64,000 nt of DNA from Vulcanimicrobiota bacterium. GTDB taxonomy: Bacteria; Vulcanimicrobiota; Vulcanimicrobiia; Vulcanimicrobiales; Vulcanimicrobiaceae. Under the pieces are notes generated by a model that saw nothing but the letters and a program-made list of their open reading frames with translations, did no database searches and was not told the origin of the DNA. Positions within the stretch are counted from its first letter, which is position 1. Each line of letters starts with the position of its first letter. The stretch covers positions 1,696,001-1,760,000 of the forward strand of contig OY968762.1 of NCBI GenBank assembly GCA_963695225.1, read 5' to 3'. Both the position numbers and the translations under genes were made by a program. Positions 60,142-64,000 of the stretch are shown one piece after another.

Positions 60142-61455
60142 TTAGAAGTGCACCAGCGCTTCGAGCCCGAGCGTGTTGTTCGTGTTCGTGCCGGTCGTCC
60201 CGAAGGCGTACGTCGCGCCCGTGACGAGCGGCGAGTTTGCCGGGGTGTTGAAGGCCGGCTGGCTCGACTTGTCCTGGCGGTATTCGGCCCGGAGGGTCAG
60301 GTTCGAGGACGCCGCATAGGAGGCGGCCACGGTGCCCTCGTGCCAGAGCTGGGCGTAGCCCGTCTGGAAGCCGTTCGCATCGTGGAAACCTTCATAGCGA
60401 AGCGTTCCGGTCAGCTTCGGCGTGACTTGGTAGACGACATAACCTGCGAGCCCGCTCCACGAAGCGAGCGAACCCGTGTTGACGGTGGCGAACGCGTTCC
60501 AGCCGGTGCCGTCGGCGCAATGGGCGGCCAGATCCGTCGTCGTGCAAGACTGCGAACCGCTGTCGTAGTTCGCGGCTACCGTCAGCTTCGGCGTCACGTG
60601 ATACGTGCCGACGAGGTCGAGCAGGCGCTTCTGCCCTTGAGCGACCGTCGGATCTCCGGCGGGAACGCCCAGCGGGAAGTCGATCGTCGCGTTTCTATTC
60701 GGCCCGCCGTAGTTGCCGAGCCGAGCGTACCCCGTGTAGCCCTGGGCCGTCAGCGAGAGCGCGGACGTCGGGTTGAAGAGGACCGCGTATTCCGCCGTAT
60801 AGCCGGAGCTAACTTTCTTCCAGGTGTTCCAGCCTTCGTTGACGCCGCCGATCACCGAGAGCTTGCTGTTCAAAGCATAGGTCAGACGGCCGCCCGTATG
60901 CGTCGCCGGCTGGTACCAGAACAGGATGCCGCGGGAAACCGTCGTGTCGTTGACGCTTTCGGACGATTCGTAGCCGGCGAGCGTTGCGAACTTTCCGCCG
61001 GTCAAGGTGAGCTTGCCCTTCGTGTACGAGAGATAGGCCTGCGAAATATCGAAGCTGGCGAAATCCGAGGGGTACGTATACGAGACGTTCGCCTGGGGTC
61101 CGACGTTGAGCAGGATGCGGCCGGCCCACGGGCCGCTGTTCAAATTCGCCGAAACGTTAAGATCCTCGAGTTCGGGCGAATCGTTGACGTAGTCGAACCC
61201 GCGTGCGTTCTGCGGGCCGAACGCGAAGTTGTTCCCGACGCTGAGCGGCGGGGTGCCGGTGAACTGAAGGCCGCCCGCGCCGAGCGTCTTCGTGTAGAGC
61301 ATGTCGGCGGCGCCGTTGAACGTAACCGCCGGTGCTGCGGGTGAGGCTGCGGCGGCAGGTGACGCCGCCGGGGCGGGCGACGGTGCCGTCTGAGCCAGCG
61401 CGGCACTCGTCCCGAGCGCGAACGCCGCGAGTGCCCCGATGATATGGAGTTTCAA
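60142..61455 (-). CDS. Outer-membrane beta-barrel porin (porin-2/OmpL-like)
   Basis: Signal peptide, QAYLSY, GKFATLAGYES, HTGGR, LRAEYRQD, terminal F. Confidence 0.8.
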   Translation of the reverse strand: MKLHIIGALAAFALGTSAALAQTAPSPAPAASPAAAASPAAPAVTFNGAADMLYTKTLGAGGLQFTGTPPLSVGNNFAFGPQNARGFDYVNDSPELEDLNVSANLNSGPWAGRILLNVGPQANVSYTYPSDFASFDISQAYLSYTKGKLTLTGGKFATLAGYESSESVNDTTVSRGILFWYQPATHTGGRLTYALNSKLSVIGGVNEGWNTWKKVSSGYTAEYAVLFNPTSALSLTAQGYTGYARLGNYGGPNRNATIDFPLGVPAGDPTVAQGQKRLLDLVGTYHVTPKLTVAANYDSGSQSCTTTDLAAHCADGTGWNAFATVNTGSLASWSGLAGYVVYQVTPKLTGTLRYEGFHDANGFQTGYAQLWHEGTVAASYAASSNLTLRAEYRQDKSSQPAFNTPANSPLVTGATYAFGTTGTNTNNTLGLEALVHF

Positions 61456-61680
61456 GGGATTTCCTTCTTTCAGCTATTCTAGTCGTACGCGCAGAAGCCG
61501 TGCTGGGCGCACCCGGCGCAGATTCTGTGTACTTTCGCGCTACGAGTTCGAAACGGTAATCCCTTCGGCAAAATGTCACAATAGGGCGCCGCCCAATGTG
61601 TTAGGCGGAGCGAAGAGCTTGCGGGCGCAAAGCCTCGCCGCTACTGGGGTAGCGGTCCGGGGAGCCCGCCGCAGCGGCCT

Positions 61681-62481
61681 CTAGTGGGCGGCCCAGCCTC
61701 CGTCGATCGAGATCGGCGCGCCCGTTATCGAACGGGCGGCATCCGTGCAAAGATAGACGCAAAGTTGCGCGACTTCTTCGGGCTCGATGAAGCGGCGCGT
61801 CGGCATCGCATCGAGGAACGCGCGGGAGAGCGCCTCGTCCTCGCTGATCCCGCCGCCGTACGAAGCGACGAGTTGCGGAGCCTGCTTGCGAATGAGGTCG
61901 GTCAACACGACCCCGGGGCAGACCGCGTTCACGGTGATCCCGTGGAGCGCCCCTTCGAGCGCGGCGGCGCGCGTGAGGCCGACGACGCCGTGCTTCGCGG
62001 CGATGTAGGCCGGTTTGTACGGCGACGCGACGAGTCCATGGACGCTCGCGATGTTGACGATGCGTCCGCGCTTGCGCGCGAGCATGTGCGGCCACACGGC
62101 CTTCGTCGCGTAGAAGACGCCGTCGAGATTCACGGAGGTGACGAAATCCCAGCGCTCGTCGGGAAAATCCGGGAGCGGCGCGACGAATTGCACGCCTGCG
62201 TTGTTGATGAGGTGGTCGATCGAACCGAAATCGTCCGCGATGCCGCCGATGGTAGCGCGGAGCAGGTCGCCGCGCCGGACGTCGACCGCGTATCCCTGCG
62301 TGCGGACGCCCGCCTCGGCCGCGATGCGTTCCGCGGTCGCGCGAACTTCGCCGCCCTCCAGATCGAGCAGCGCGACGCCGGAGCCGGCTTGCGCGAGCGC
62401 GAGTGCGGTAGCGGCGCCGATGCCGCGGCTCGCACCGGTGACGATGCTGACGCGGCCGGAGAGTGGCCGTTGCGTGCTCAT
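61681..62481 (-). CDS. 3-hydroxybutyrate dehydrogenase (SDR)
   Basis: TGASRGIG, NNAGVQFV, SVHGLVASPYKPAYIAAKHG, DGGWAAH; ATG 62481 overlaps upstream stop. Confidence 0.88.
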   Translation of the reverse strand: MSTQRPLSGRVSIVTGASRGIGAATALALAQAGSGVALLDLEGGEVRATAERIAAEAGVRTQGYAVDVRRGDLLRATIGGIADDFGSIDHLINNAGVQFVAPLPDFPDERWDFVTSVNLDGVFYATKAVWPHMLARKRGRIVNIASVHGLVASPYKPAYIAAKHGVVGLTRAAALEGALHGITVNAVCPGVVLTDLIRKQAPQLVASYGGGISEDEALSRAFLDAMPTRRFIEPEEVAQLCVYLCTDAARSITGAPISIDGGWAAH

Positions 62482-63416
62482 TTGTTCAAAGGCACCCGTT
62501 CCAAGAAGTATTGATAGGTGGCTTCCATCCCCCGGCGCAGATCCGTCGCCGCGGTCCAGCCCAGCTCGCGCTGCGCGAGCGAGGCGTCGAATTGCGCGTC
62601 GCGCACGTCGCCCGCGCGCTTGGGCGCGTGCGTGACCGGCGCTTCGAAGCCGGTGATATCGACGAGCGCGCGATAGATCTCGTTGACGCTCGTCTTCCGG
62701 CCGGTTCCGATCACGTAGCACGTTCCGCCCCCGCGCTCGAGCGCGAGGACGTTCGCACGCGCGACGTCGCCCGAGAATACGTAGTCGCGCGTCTGTTCGC
62801 CGTCGGAATCGATCCGCACGCCCTGCCGCGCGATGAACTTGCCGATGAAGATCGAGATCACGCCCGCTTCGCCGTTGGGGTCCTGGCGCGGGCCGTAGAC
62901 GTTGCCGTAACGCAACGCCGTGAAATCGAGGCCGTGCTCGGCTTTGTAGAAGCGCAGGTAGTGCTCGCCGACCATCTTCGTTATCCCGTACGGCGAGGCT
63001 GGGCGCTGCGGGGTCGCCTCCGAGATCGGAAGCTGCTCCGGCTCGCCGAACGTCGCGCCGCTGGACGCGTAGATCACCTTCCGAACGGCGGTCTTGACCG
63101 AGCAGTCCAGAACGTTGATCAGCCCCAACACGTTCACGTCGGCATCGAAGTGAGGATCGCGCGAGCCGATCGCGACGCTATGCTGGGCCGCGTGGTGGCA
63201 CACGACCTCGGGGCGGAAATCCCGGAAGACGCGCTCGAGTTGGTGATCGCGGATGTCCATGTGGACGAAATGCGCGCGCTTCGGGATGTTCTCGCGACGT
63301 CCGCCGCCGTGATCCCAGAGGCTATCGACGATCGCGATTTCGTGCCCCTCGGCAAAATACGCATCGGCTATCGTGGAGCCGATGAAGCCGGCACCGCCGG
63401 TGATCAAAATACGCAC
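62478..63416 (-). CDS. NAD-dependent epimerase/dehydratase (UDP-glucose 4-epimerase-like)
   Basis: GTG start, ITGGAGFIGS, YGITK, RYGNVYGPRQDPNGEAGV. Confidence 0.9.
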   Translation of the reverse strand: MRILITGGAGFIGSTIADAYFAEGHEIAIVDSLWDHGGGRRENIPKRAHFVHMDIRDHQLERVFRDFRPEVVCHHAAQHSVAIGSRDPHFDADVNVLGLINVLDCSVKTAVRKVIYASSGATFGEPEQLPISEATPQRPASPYGITKMVGEHYLRFYKAEHGLDFTALRYGNVYGPRQDPNGEAGVISIFIGKFIARQGVRIDSDGEQTRDYVFSGDVARANVLALERGGGTCYVIGTGRKTSVNEIYRALVDITGFEAPVTHAPKRAGDVRDAQFDASLAQRELGWTAATDLRRGMEATYQYFLERVPLNK

Positions 63417-63594
63417 GAGGACCCCTTTACTCCACGAGGCGCGCGGATACCACTTTGGAGGTATCTCCGATCCTAGCGTTATCGGCCGGGGACCGCATGG
63501 GCGCTTCGTCTCGGTCGGCGGGCGACGCTTGGGGAAGCGCGCGCCGCCCGGCGCCGAGCTTGCGGCGCGAACCCGTCGCCGCGATCGGTGCCGC

Positions 63595-64000
63595 GTGGAG
63601 CAATACCGGCTCGCCGCGCTCGCGGCGGCATTCGCGTTGGGCACGGTGGCCGCGATCCGCGGATACGGTCTCGCGGCGCTCGGTTGCGGTCTTTGCGCGG
63701 CGCTTGCGGCGGAGGGCGCCGCCGCGTTCGGTGCGTCGCCGAGCGGACTCGGGCGGCTGCGCCGGATGGCGCTCGCGGCGCTCGCCTGCGGAATCCTGAA
63801 CGGCGCCGCGCGCGGCGGGCTCGAGCCCCTTCCCGGCGCCGGACGGATAGTGACGCTGGAAGGCACGGTCCTCGACGAGATCCGGCCGGAGGCGTTCGGC
63901 TCGAGCTTCGTCCTCGGAACGAACGGTATGCGCCTGCGCGTCGAGGCGAGCGGTCCTGCCCCCGGCATCGCCGAGCGGTTGCAGGTGCGCGGCCGCCTCG
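63595..64000 (+). CDS. Probable ComEC/Rec2 N-terminal region (runs off the window)
   Basis: Open frame MEQYRLAALAAAFALG..., hydrophobic N-terminus then VTLEGTV...ERLQVRGRL, typical of the ComEC OB-like region. Confidence 0.5.
   Translation, partial: MEQYRLAALAAAFALGTVAAIRGYGLAALGCGLCAALAAEGAAAFGASPSGLGRLRRMALAALACGILNGAARGGLEPLPGAGRIVTLEGTVLDEIRPEAFGSSFVLGTNGMRLRVEASGPAPGIAERLQVRGRL

Noticed and set aside
61600..61680. GGGCGCAAAGCC resembling a c-di-GMP-I riboswitch core upstream of the porin
   Set aside because: It is on the strand opposite the porin gene, and the GGCAAAC/GAAA elements are missing.

Overview
This high-GC bacterial chromosomal window mixes housekeeping genes with accessory modules. 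The mix of outer-membrane barrels and lipoproteins with Firmicutes-like yqeK-rsfS/comEA-leuS synteny suggests a diderm Terrabacteria-type lineage such as Eremiobacterota/Vulcanimicrobiota; that placement is inference only. Housekeeping genes include the 3' end of hypB, panB, uppS, typA, aceA, dtd, clpB, trxA, gyrA, tsaE-tsaB-rimI-yqeK-rsfS, comEA, leuS, a DAHP synthase, cutA, a 3-hydroxybutyrate dehydrogenase, a galE-like epimerase and a probable comEC start. The accessory modules are: (1) a Spy/CpxP gene with an OmpR-family two-component system; (2) a candidate metal-regulated redox locus at 4.8-12.3 kb; (3) a lipid-scavenging locus (barrel, GDSL lipoprotein, fadB/fadA-like genes, divergent fadD) with a shared operator-like palindrome; (4) a papain-family protease with a chagasin inhibitor and a LuxR-HTH gene; (5) a stand-alone SelB C-terminal (SECIS-binding) domain gene; and (6) a putrescine catabolism/uptake cluster whose aminotransferase appears to start at a non-canonical ATC codon. 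Module 2 is the best candidate for an undescribed system: it has an outer-membrane barrel, two tandem FesM/NapH-like membrane polyferredoxins, a divergent Cyc2-like cytochrome c-porin and a VIT1 transporter, with a duplicated 38-bp upstream block. I recognised no rRNA, tRNA, CRISPR array or transposase. All family calls come from motifs recognised by eye, not from database searches.
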